Shown one piece after another: positions 10,201 through 23,120 of a DNA stretch of 64,000 nucleotides (the first letter of the stretch is position 1; each line of letters opens with the position of its first letter). The stretch is from the human T2T-CHM13v2.0 reference genome, Homo sapiens. A model generated the notes under the pieces. That model was given only the letters and a program-made list of their open reading frames with translations, had not been told where the DNA came from and did not search any database. The stretch is from NCBI RefSeq assembly GCF_009914755.1, contig NC_060937.1. The stretch is one strand, 5' to 3'. A program made the position numbers and the translations under genes.

Positions 10201-12580
10201 AACAAGTTTCTGAGAATGCTTCTGTCTATTTTTTATGGGAAGATATTTCCTTTTTCACCGTAGGCGTCAAGGCGATCGAAATGTCCACTTCCACAAACTA
10301 CAAAAAGAGTGTTTCAAACCTGCTCTATGAAAGGCCATGTTCATCTCTATGAGTCGAATGGAAATATCCGAAAGAAATTTCTGGGAATGCTGCTGTCTAG
10401 TTTTTATACGAATTCCCGCTTCCAACGAAATCCTCAAAGCAATCCAAATATCCACTTGCAGAATCCACAAAAAGAGTGTTTCAAAACTGCTCTATCAATA
10501 GAAAGGTTCAACTCTTTTAGTTGAGTACACACATCACAAACAAGTTTCTGAGAATGCTTCTGTCTGGCTTTTATTGGAAGACGTTTCCTTTTCACCAAAG
10601 GCATCAAAGCGCTCCAAATGTCCACTTCCAGATTCTTCCAAAAGAGTGTTTGAAACGTGCTCAAAGTAAGGGAATGTTCAACTCTGTGACTTGAATGCAG
10701 ATATCACCAAGTAGTTTCTAATAGTGCTTCTGTCTAGATTTTAGATGATGATATTCCCGTTTCCAACGAAATCGTTAGAGCTATCCAAATATCCACTTAC
10801 AGTTGCTACAAAAACAGTGTTTCCAAACTGCTGCATCAAAAGAAAGGTTCAACTCTGTTAGTTGAGGACACACGTCACAAAGAAGTTTGTGAGAATGCTT
10901 CTGTCTAGATTTTGTATGACGATATTCCCTTTTCCAACGATATCGTTAAAGCAATCTAAATATCCATTTGCAGAATCCACAAAAATAGAGTTTCAAAGCT
11001 GCTCTGTAAAAAGAAAGGTTCCACTCTGTTAGCTGAGTACACACATCACAAACTTGTTTCTCAGAATCCTTCTGTCTCGTTTTTATGGGAAGATATTTAC
11101 TTTTTCACCGTAGGCATCAAAGCGCTCCAAATGTCCACATCCAGATACTCCAGAAAGAGTGTTTCAAACCTGCTCTATGAAAGGGAATCTTCAACTCTAT
11201 GAGTTGAATGCAGACATCAGAAAGAAATTTCTGAGAATGCTGCTGTCTACCTTTTATTTGAATTCCCGCTTCCAACGAAATCCTCCAAGCTATCCAAATA
11301 TCCACTTGCAGATTCCACAAAAAGAGTGTTTCAAAACTGCTCTCTATCAATGGCAAAGTTCAACTCTGTTAGTTGAGGACACATATCACCAACAAGTTTC
11401 TGAGAATGCTTCTGTCTATTTTTTATGGGAAGATATTTCCTTTTTCACCGTAGGCGTCAAGGCGATCGAAATGTCCACTTCCACAAACTACAAAAAGAGT
11501 GTTTCAAACCTGCTCTATGAAAGGCCATGTTCATCTCTATGAGTCGAATGGAAATATCCGAAAGAAATTTCTGGGAATGCTGCTGTCTAGTTTTTATACG
11601 AATTCCCGCTTCCAACGAAATCCTCAAAGCAATCCAAATATCCACTTGCAGAATCCACAAAAAGAGTGTTTCAAAACTGCTCTATCAATAGAAAGGTTCA
11701 ACTCTTTTAGTTGAGTACACACATCACAAACAAGTTTCTGAGAATGCTTCTGTCTGGCTTTTATTGGAAGACGTTTCCTTTTCACCAAAGGCATCAAAGC
11801 GCTCCAAATGTCCACTTCCAGATTCTTCCAAAAGAGTGTTTGAAACGTGCTCAAAGTAAGGGAATGTTCAACTCTGTGACTTGAATGCAGATATCACCAA
11901 GTAGTTTCTAATAGTGCTTCTGTCTAGATTTTAGATGATGATATTCCCGTTTCCAACGAAATCGTTAGAGCTATCCAAATATCCACTTACAGTTGCTACA
12001 AAAACAGTGTTTCCAAACTGCTGCATCAAAAGAAAGGTTCAACTCTGTTAGTTGAGGACACACGTCACAAAGAAGTTTGTGAGAATGCTTCTGTCTAGAT
12101 TTTGTATGACGATATTCCCTTTTCCAACGATATCGTTAAAGCAATCTAAATATCCATTTGCAGAATCCACAAAAATAGAGTTTCAAAGCTGCTCTGTAAA
12201 AAGAAAGGTTCCACTCTGTTAGCTGAGTACACACATCACAAACTTGTTTCTCAGAATCCTTCTGTCTCGTTTTTCTGGGAAGATATTTACTTTTTCACCG
12301 TAGGCATCAAAGCGCTCCAAATGTCCACATCCAGATACTCCAGAAAGAGTGTTTCAAACCTGCTCTATGAAAGGGAATCTTCAACTCTATGAGTTGAATG
12401 CAGACATCAGAAAGAAATTTCTGAGAATGCTGCTGTCTACCTTTTATTTGAATTCCCGCTTCCAACGAAATCCTCCAAGCTATCCAAATATCCACTTGCA
12501 GATTCCACAAAAAGAGTGTTTCAAAACTGCTCTCTATCAATGGCAAAGTTCAACTCTGTTAGTTGAGGACACATATCACC
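10201..12580 (-). repeat. Two 7-mer HORs
   Basis: 1190-bp period; starts 10201 and 11391. Confidence 0.93.
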
Positions 12581-14450
12581 AACAAGTTTCTGAGAATGCT
12601 TCTGTCTATTTTTTATGGGAAGATATTTCCTTTTTCACCGTAGGCGTCAAGGCGATCGAAATGTCCACTTCCACAAACTACAAAAAGAGTGTTTCAAACC
12701 TGCTCTATGAAAGGCCATGTTCATCTCTATGAGTCGAATGGAAATATCCGAAAGAAATTTCTGGGAATGCTGCTGTCTAGTTTTTATACGAATTCCCGCT
12801 TCCAACGAAATCCTCAAAGCAATCCAAATATCCACTTGCAGAATCCACAAAAAGAGTGTTTCAAAACTGCTCTATCAATAGAAAGGTTCAACTCTTTTAG
12901 TTGAGTACACACATCACAAACAAGTTTCTGAGAATGCTTCTGTCTGGCTTTTATTGGAAGACGTTTCCTTTTCACCAAAGGCATCAAAGCGCTCCAAATG
13001 TCCACTTCCAGATTCTTCCAAAAGAGTGTTTGAAACGTGCTCAAAGTAAGGGAATGTTCAACTCTGTGACTTGAATGCAGATATCACCAAGTAGTTTCTA
13101 ATAGTGCTTCTGTCTAGATTTTAGATGATGATATTCCCGTTTCCAACGAAATCGTTAGAGCTATCCAAATATCCACTTACAGTTGCTACAAAAAGAGTGT
13201 TTCCAAACTGCTGCATCAAAAGAAAGGTTCAACTCTGTTAGTTGAGGACACACATCACAAAGAAGTTTGTGAGAATGCTTCTGTCTAGATTTTGTATGAC
13301 CATATTCCCTTTTCCAGCGATATCATTAAAGCAATCTAAATATCCATTTGCAGAATCCACAAAAATAGAGTTTCAAAGCTGCTCTGTAAAAAGAAAGGTT
13401 CCACTCTGTTAGCTGAGTACACACATCACAAACTTGTTTCTGAGAATCCTTCTGTCTCGTTTTTATGGGAAGATATTTACTTTTTCACCGTAGGCATCAA
13501 AGCGCTCCAAATGTCCACATCCAGATACTCCAGAAAGAGTGTTTCAAACCTGCTCTATGAAAGGGAATCTTCAACTCTATGAGTTGAATGCAGACATCAG
13601 AAAGAAATTTCTGAGAATGCTGCTGTCTACCTTTTATTTGAATTCCCGCTTCCAACGAAATCCTCCAAGCTATCCAAATATCCACCTGCATTTTCCACAA
13701 AAAGAGCGTTTCAAAACTGCTCTATCAATAGAAATGTTCAACTCCTTTGGCTGGGTACACACATCACAAACAAGTTTCTGAGAATGCTTCTGTCTAGTTT
13801 TTATGGGAAGACATTCCCTTTTTCACCAAAGGCATCAAAGCGCTCCAAATGTCCACTTCCAGACACTACAAAAAGAGTGTTTCCAACGTGCTCTAAGAAA
13901 GCGAATGTTCAACTCTGTGACTTGAATGCAGATATCACAAAGTAGTTTCTGAGAGGGCTTCTGTCTAGATTTTAGATGATGATATTCCCGTTTCCAACGA
14001 AATCATTAGAGCTATCCAAATATCCACTTACAGTTTCTACAAAAAGAGTGTTTCCAAACTGCTGCATCAAAAGAGAGGTTCCACTCTGTTAGCTGAGTAC
14101 ACACATCACAAACTTGTTTCTCAGAATCCTTCTGTCTCGTTTTTCTGGGAAGATATTTACTTTTTCACCGTAGGCATCAAAGCGCTCCAAATGTCCACAT
14201 CCAGATACTCCAGAAAGAGTGTTTCAAACCTGCTCTATGAAAGGGAATCTTCAACTCTATGAGTTGAATGCAGACATCAGAAAGAAATTTCTGAGAATGC
14301 TGCTGTCTACCTTTTATTTGAATTCCCGCTTCCAACGAAATCCTCCAAGCTATCCAAATATCCACTTGCAGATTCCACAAAAAGAGTGTTTCAAAACTGC
14401 TCTCTATCAATGGCAAAGTTCAAATCTGTTAGTTGAGGACACATATCACC
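12581..14450 (-). repeat. 11-mer HOR
   Basis: Tetramer marker at 13681; 1870-bp unit. Confidence 0.93.
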
Positions 14451-17400
14451 AACAAGTTTCTGAGAATGCTTCTGTCTATTTTTTATGGGAAGATATTTCC
14501 TTTTTCACCGTAGGCGTCAAGGCGATCGAAATGTCCACTTCCACAAACTACAAAAAGAGTGTTTCAAACCTGCTCTATGAAAGGCCATGTTCATCTCTAT
14601 GAGTCGAATGGAAATATCCGAAAGAAATTTCTGGGAATGCTGCTGTCTAGTTTTTATACGAATTCCCGCTTCCAACGAAATCCTCAAAGCAATCCAAATA
14701 TCCACTTGCAGAATCCACAAAAAGAGTGTTTCAAAACTGCTCTATCAATAGAAAGGTTCAACTCTTTTAGTTGAGTACACACATCACAAACAAGTTTCTG
14801 AGAATGCTTCTGTCTGGCTTTTATTGGAAGACGTTTCCTTTTCACCAAAGGCATCAAAGCGCTCCAAATGTCCACTTCCAGATTCTTCCAAAAGAGTGTT
14901 TGAAACGTGCTCAAAGTAAGGGAATGTTCAACTCTGTGACTTGAATGCAGATATCACCAAGTAGTTTCTAATAGTGCTTCTGTCTAGATTTTAGATGATG
15001 ATATTCCCGTTTCCAACGAAATCGTTAGAGCTATCCAAATATCCACTTACAGTTGCTACAAAAACAGTGTTTCCAAACTGCTGCATCAAAAGAAAGGTTC
15101 AACTCTGTTAGTTGAGGACACACGTCACAAAGAAGTTTGTGAGAATGCTTCTGTCTAGATTTTGTATGACGATATTCCCTTTTCCAACGATATCGTTAAA
15201 GCAATCTAAATATCCATTTGCAGAATCCACAAAAATAGAGTTTCAAAGCTGCTCTGTAAAAAGAAAGGTTCCACTCTGTTAGCTGAGTACACACATCACA
15301 AACTTGTTTCTCAGAATCCTTCTGTCTCGTTTTTATGGGAAGATATTTACTTTTTCACCGTAGGCATCAAAGCGCTCCAAATGTCCACATCCAGATACTC
15401 CAGAAAGAGTGTTTCAAACCTGCTCTATGAAAGGGAATCTTCAACTCTATGAGTTGAATGCAGACATCAGAAAGAAATTTCTGAGAATGCTGCTGTCTAC
15501 CTTTTATTTGAATTCCCGCTTCCAACGAAATCCTCCAAGCTATCCAAATATCCACTTGCAGATTCCACAAAAAGAGTGTTTCAAAACTGCTCTCTATCAA
15601 TGGCAAAGTTCAACTCTGTTAGTTGAGGACACATATCACCAACAAGTTTCTGAGAATGCTTCTGTCTATTTTTTATGGGAAGATATTTCCTTTTTCACCG
15701 TAGGCGTCAAGGCGATCGAAATGTCCACTTCCACAAACTACAAAAAGAGTGTTTCAAACCTGCTCTATGAAAGGCCATGTTCATCTCTATGAGTCGAATG
15801 GAAATATCCGAAAGAAATTTCTGGGAATGCTGCTGTCTAGTTTTTATACGAATTCCCGCTTCCAACGAAATCCTCAAAGCAATCCAAATATCCACTTGCA
15901 GAATCCACAAAAAGAGTGTTTCAAAACTGCTCTATCAATAGAAAGGTTCAACTCTTTTAGTTGAGTACACACATCACAAACAAGTTTCTGAGAATGCTTC
16001 TGTCTGGCTTTTATTGGAAGACGTTTCCTTTTCACCAAAGGCATCAAAGCGCTCCAAATGTCCACTTCCAGATTCTTCCAAAAGAGTGTTTGAAACGTGC
16101 TCAAAGTAAGGGAATGTTCAACTCTGTGACTTGAATGCAGATATCACCAAGTAGTTTCTAATAGTGCTTCTGTCTAGATTTTAGATGATGATATTCCCGT
16201 TTCCAACGAAATCGTTAGAGCTATCCAAATATCCACTTACAGTTGCTACAAAAACAGTGTTTCCAAACTGCTGCATCAAAAGAAAGGTTCAACTCTGTTA
16301 GTTGAGGACACACGTCACAAAGAAGTTTGTGAGAATGCTTCTGTCTAGATTTTGTATGACCATATTCCCTTTTCCAGCGATATCATTAAAGCAATCTAAA
16401 TATCCATTTGCAGAATCCACAAAAATAGAGTTTCAAAGCTGCTCTGTAAAAAGAAAGGTTCCACTCTGTTAGCTGAGTACACACATCACAAACTTGTTTC
16501 TCAGAATCCTTCTGTCTCGTTTTTCTGGGAAGATATTTACTTTTTCACCGTAGGCATCAAAGCGCTCCAAATGTCCACATCCAGATACTCCAGAAAGAGT
16601 GTTTCAAACCTGCTCTATGAAAGGGAATCTTCAACTCTATGAGTTGAATGCAGACATCAGAAAGAAATTTCTGAGAATGCTGCTGTCTACCTTTTATTTG
16701 AATTCCCGCTTCCAACGAAATCCTCCAAGCTATCCAAATATCCACTTGCAGATTCCACAAAAAGAGTGTTTCAAAACTGCTCTCTATCAATGGCAAAGTT
16801 CAACTCTGTTAGTTGAGGACACATATCACCAACAAGTTTCTGAGAATGCTTCTGTCTATTTTTTATGGGAAGATATTTCCTTTTTCACCGTAGGCGTCAA
16901 GGCGATCGAAATGTCCACTTCCACAAACTACAAAAAGAGTGTTTCAAACCTGCTCTATGAAAGGCCATGTTCATCTCTATGAGTCGAATGGAAATATCCG
17001 AAAGAAATTTCTGGGAATGCTGCTGTCTAGTTTTTATACGAATTCCCGCTTCCAACGAAATCCTCAAAGCAATCCAAATATCCACTTGCAGAATCCACAA
17101 AAAGAGTGTTTCAAAACTGCTCTATCAATAGAAAGGTTCAACTCTTTTAGTTGAGTACACACATCACAAACAAGTTTCTGAGAATGCTTCTGTCTGGCTT
17201 TTATTGGAAGACGTTTCCTTTTCACCAAAGGCATCAAAGCGCTCCAAATGTCCACTTCCAGATTCTTCCAAAAGAGTGTTTGAAACGTGCTCAAAGTAAG
17301 GGAATGTTCAACTCTGTGACTTGAATGCAGATATCACCAAGTAGTTTCTAATAGTGCTTCTGTCTAGATTTTAGATGATGATATTCCCGTTTCCAACGAA

Positions 17401-18020
17401 ATCGTTAGAGCTATCCAAATATCCACTTACAGTTGCTACAAAAACAGTGTTTCCAAACTGCTGCATCAAAAGAAAGGTTCAACTCTGTTAGTTGAGGACA
17501 CACGTCACAAAGAAGTTTGTGAGAATGCTTCTGTCTAGATTTTGTATGACGATATTCCCTTTTCCAACGATATCGTTAAAGCAATCTAAATATCCATTTG
17601 CAGAATCCACAAAAATAGAGTTTCAAAGCTGCTCTGTAAAAAGAAAGGTTCCACTCTGTTAGCTGAGTACACACATCACAAACTTGTTTCTCAGAATCCT
17701 TCTGTCTCGTTTTTCTGGGAAGATATTTACTTTTTCACCGTAGGCATCAAAGCGCTCCAAATGTCCACATCCAGATACTCCAGAAAGAGTGTTTCAAACC
17801 TGCTCTATGAAAGGGAATCTTCAACTCTATGAGTTGAATGCAGACATCAGAAAGAAATTTCTGAGAATGCTGCTGTCTACCTTTTATTTGAATTCCCGCT
17901 TCCAACGAAATCCTCCAAGCTATCCAAATATCCACTTGCAGATTCCACAAAAAGAGTGTTTCAAAACTGCTCTCTATCAATGGCAAAGTTCAACTCTGTT
18001 AGTTGAGGACACATATCACC
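14451..18020 (-). repeat. Three 7-mer HORs
   Basis: Starts 14451, 15641, 16831. Confidence 0.93.
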
Positions 18021-20740
18021 AACAAGTTTCTGAGAATGCTTCTGTCTATTTTTTATGGGAAGATATTTCCTTTTTCACCGTAGGCGTCAAGGCGATCGAA
18101 ATGTCCACTTCCACAAACTACAAAAAGAGTGTTTCAAACCTGCTCTATGAAAGGCCATGTTCATCTCTATGAGTCGAATGGAAATATCCGAAAGAAATTT
18201 CTGGGAATGCTGCTGTCTAGTTTTTATACGAATTCCCGCTTCCAACGAAATCCTCAAAGCAATCCAAATATCCACTTGCAGAATCCACAAAAAGAGTGTT
18301 TCAAAACTGCTCTATCAATAGAAAGGTTCAACTCTTTTAGTTGAGTACACACATCACAAACAAGTTTCTGAGAATGCTTCTGTCTGGCTTTTATTGGAAG
18401 ACGTTTCCTTTTCACCAAAGGCATCAAAGCGCTCCAAATGTCCACTTCCAGATTCTTCCAAAAGAGTGTTTGAAACGTGCTCAAAGTAAGGGAATGTTCA
18501 ACTCTGTGACTTGAATGCAGATATCACCAAGTAGTTTCTAATAGTGCTTCTGTCTAGATTTTAGATGATGATATTCCCGTTTCCAACGAAATCGTTAGAG
18601 CTATCCAAATATCCACTTACAGTTTCTACAAAAAGAGTGTTTCCAAACTGCTGCATCAAAAGAAAGGTTCAACTCTGTTAGTTGAGGACACACGTCACAA
18701 AGAAGTTTGTGAGAATGCTTCTGTCTAGATTTTGTATGACCATATTCCCTTTTCCAGCGATATCATTAAAGCAATCTAAATATCCATTTGCAGAATCCAC
18801 AAAAATAGAGTTTCAAAGCTGCTCTGTAAAAAGAAAGGTTCCACTCTGTTAGCTGAGTACACACATCACAAACTTGTTTCTCAGAATCCTTCTGTCTCGT
18901 TTTTCTGGGAAGATATTTACTTTTTCACCGTAGGCATCAAAGCGCTCCAAATGTCCACATCCAGATACTCCAGAAAGAGTGTTTCAAACCTGCTCTATGA
19001 AAGGGAATCTTCAACTCTATGAGTTGAATGCAGACATCAGAAAGAAATTTCTGAGAATGCTGCTGTCTACCTTTTATTTGAATTCCCGCTTCCAACGAAA
19101 TCCTCCAAGCTATCCAAATATCCACCTGCATTTTCCACAAAAAGAGCGTTTCAAAACTGCTCTATCAATAGAAATGTTCAACTCCTTTGGCTGGGTACAC
19201 ACATCACAAACAAGTTTCTGAGAATGCTTCTGTCTAGTTTTTATGGGAAGACATTCCCTTTTTCACCAAAGGCATCAAAGCGCTCCAAATGTCCACTTCC
19301 AGACACTACAAAAAGAGTGTTTCCAACGTGCTCTAAGAAAGCGAATGTTCAACTCTGTGACTTGAATGCAGATATCACAAAGTAGTTTCTGAGAGGGCTT
19401 CTGTCTAGATTTTAGATGATGATATTCCCGTTTCCAACGAAATCATTAGAGCTATCCAAATATCCACTTACAGTTTCTACAAAAAGAGTGTTTCCAAACT
19501 GCTGCATCAAAAGAGAGGTTCCACTCTGTTAGCTGAGTACACACATCACAAACTTGTTTCTCAGAATCCTTCTGTCTCGTTTTTCTGGGAAGATATTTAC
19601 TTTTTCACCGTAGGCATCAAAGCGCTCCAAATGTCCACATCCAGATACTCCAGAAAGAGTGTTTCAAACCTGCTCTATGAAAGGGAATCTTCAACTCTAT
19701 GAGTTGAATGCAGACATCAGAAAGAAATTTCTGAGAATGCTGCTGTCTACCTTTTATTTGAATTCCCGCTTCCAACGAAATCCTCCAAGCTATCCAAATA
19801 TCCACTTGCAGATTCCACAAAAAGAGTGTTTCAAAACTGCTCTATCAATAGAAAGGTTCAACTCTTTTAGTTGAGTACACACATCACAAACAAGTTTCTG
19901 AGAATGCTTCTGTCTGGCTTTTATTGGAAGACGTTTCCTTTTCACCAAAGGCATCAAAGCGCTCCAAATGTCCACTTCCAGATTCTTCCAAAAGAGTGTT
20001 TGAAACGTGCTCAAAGTAAGGGAATGTTCAACTCTGTGACTTGAATGCAGATATCACCAAGTAGTTTCTAATAGTGCTTCTGTCTAGATTTTAGATGATG
20101 ATATTCCCGTTTCCAACGAAATCGTTAGAGCTATCCAAATATCCACTTACAGTTGCTACAAAAACAGTGTTTCCAAACTGCTGCATCAAAAGAAAGGTTC
20201 AACTCTGTTAGTTGAGGACACACGTCACAAAGAAGTTTGTGAGAATGCTTCTGTCTAGATTTTGTATGACGATATTCCCTTTTCCAACGATATCGTTAAA
20301 GCAATCTAAATATCCATTTGCAGAATCCACAAAAATAGAGTTTCAAAGCTGCTCTGTAAAAAGAAAGGTTCCACTCTGTTAGCTGAGTACACACATCACA
20401 AACTTGTTTCTCAGAATCCTTCTGTCTCGTTTTTCTGGGAAGATATTTACTTTTTCACCGTAGGCATCAAAGCGCTCCAAATGTCCACATCCAGATACTC
20501 CAGAAAGAGTGTTTCAAACCTGCTCTATGAAAGGGAATCTTCAACTCTATGAGTTGAATGCAGACATCAGAAAGAAATTTCTGAGAATGCTGCTGTCTAC
20601 CTTTTATTTGAATTCCCGCTTCCAACGAAATCCTCCAAGCTATCCAAATATCCACTTGCAGATTCCACAAAAAGAGTGTTTCAAAACTGCTCTCTATCAA
20701 TGGCAAAGTTCAACTCTGTTAGTTGAGGACACATATCACC
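18021..20740 (-). repeat. 16-monomer variant (11-mer + 7-mer minus a 340-bp dimer)
   Basis: 2720 bp; tetramer marker at 19121; hybrid monomer gattccacaa...ctgctctatcaataga at 19811-19852. Confidence 0.9.
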
Positions 20741-23120
20741 AACAAGTTTCTGAGAATGCTTCTGTCTATTTTTTATGGGAAGATATTTCCTTTTTCACCG
20801 TAGGCGTCAAGGCGATCGAAATGTCCACTTCCACAAACTACAAAAAGAGTGTTTCAAACCTGCTCTATGAAAGGCCATGTTCATCTCTATGAGTCGAATG
20901 GAAATATCCGAAAGAAATTTCTGGGAATGCTGCTGTCTAGTTTTTATACGAATTCCCGCTTCCAACGAAATCCTCAAAGCAATCCAAATATCCACTTGCA
21001 GAATCCACAAAAAGAGTGTTTCAAAACTGCTCTATCAATAGAAAGGTTCAACTCTTTTAGTTGAGTACACACATCACAAACAAGTTTCTGAGAATGCTTC
21101 TGTCTGGCTTTTATTGGAAGACGTTTCCTTTTCACCAAAGGCATCAAAGCGCTCCAAATGTCCACTTCCAGATTCTTCCAAAAGAGTGTTTGAAACGTGC
21201 TCAAAGTAAGGGAATGTTCAACTCTGTGACTTGAATGCAGATATCACCAAGTAGTTTCTAATAGTGCTTCTGTCTAGATTTTAGATGATGATATTCCCGT
21301 TTCCAACGAAATCGTTAGAGCTATCCAAATATCCACTTACAGTTGCTACAAAAACAGTGTTTCCAAACTGCTGCATCAAAAGAAAGGTTCAACTCTGTTA
21401 GTTGAGGACACACGTCACAAAGAAGTTTGTGAGAATGCTTCTGTCTAGATTTTGTATGACCATATTCCCTTTTCCAGCGATATCATTAAAGCAATCTAAA
21501 TATCCATTTGCAGAATCCACAAAAATAGAGTTTCAAAGCTGCTCTGTAAAAAGAAAGGTTCCACTCTGTTAGCTGAGTACACACATCACAAACTTGTTTC
21601 TCAGAATCCTTCTGTCTCGTTTTTCTGGGAAGATATTTACTTTTTCACCGTAGGCATCAAAGCGCTCCAAATGTCCACATCCAGATACTCCAGAAAGAGT
21701 GTTTCAAACCTGCTCTATGAAAGGGAATCTTCAACTCTATGAGTTGAATGCAGACATCAGAAAGAAATTTCTGAGAATGCTGCTGTCTACCTTTTATTTG
21801 AATTCCCGCTTCCAACGAAATCCTCCAAGCTATCCAAATATCCACTTGCAGATTCCACAAAAAGAGTGTTTCAAAACTGCTCTCTATCAATGGCAAAGTT
21901 CAACTCTGTTAGTTGAGGACACATATCACCAACAAGTTTCTGAGAATGCTTCTGTCTATTTTTTATGGGAAGATATTTCCTTTTTCACCGTAGGCGTCAA
22001 GGCGATCGAAATGTCCACTTCCACAAACTACAAAAAGAGTGTTTCAAACCTGCTCTATGAAAGGCCATGTTCATCTCTATGAGTCGAATGGAAATATCCG
22101 AAAGAAATTTCTGGGAATGCTGCTGTCTAGTTTTTATACGAATTCCCGCTTCCAACGAAATCCTCAAAGCAATCCAAATATCCACTTGCAGAATCCACAA
22201 AAAGAGTGTTTCAAAACTGCTCTATCAATAGAAAGGTTCAACTCTTTTAGTTGAGTACACACATCACAAACAAGTTTCTGAGAATGCTTCTGTCTGGCTT
22301 TTATTGGAAGACGTTTCCTTTTCACCAAAGGCATCAAAGCGCTCCAAATGTCCACTTCCAGATTCTTCCAAAAGAGTGTTTGAAACGTGCTCAAAGTAAG
22401 GGAATGTTCAACTCTGTGACTTGAATGCAGATATCACCAAGTAGTTTCTAATAGTGCTTCTGTCTAGATTTTAGATGATGATATTCCCGTTTCCAACGAA
22501 ATCGTTAGAGCTATCCAAATATCCACTTACAGTTGCTACAAAAACAGTGTTTCCAAACTGCTGCATCAAAAGAAAGGTTCAACTCTGTTAGTTGAGGACA
22601 CACGTCACAAAGAAGTTTGTGAGAATGCTTCTGTCTAGATTTTGTATGACGATATTCCCTTTTCCAACGATATCGTTAAAGCAATCTAAATATCCATTTG
22701 CAGAATCCACAAAAATAGAGTTTCAAAGCTGCTCTGTAAAAAGAAAGGTTCCACTCTGTTAGCTGAGTACACACATCACAAACTTGTTTCTCAGAATCCT
22801 TCTGTCTCGTTTTTCTGGGAAGATATTTACTTTTTCACCGTAGGCATCAAAGCGCTCCAAATGTCCACATCCAGATACTCCAGAAAGAGTGTTTCAAACC
22901 TGCTCTATGAAAGGGAATCTTCAACTCTATGAGTTGAATGCAGACATCAGAAAGAAATTTCTGAGAATGCTGCTGTCTACCTTTTATTTGAATTCCCGCT
23001 TCCAACGAAATCCTCCAAGCTATCCAAATATCCACTTGCAGATTCCACAAAAAGAGTGTTTCAAAACTGCTCTCTATCAATGGCAAAGTTCAACTCTGTT
23101 AGTTGAGGACACATATCACC
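20741..23120 (-). repeat. Two 7-mer HORs
   Basis: Starts 20741 and 21931. Confidence 0.93.
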
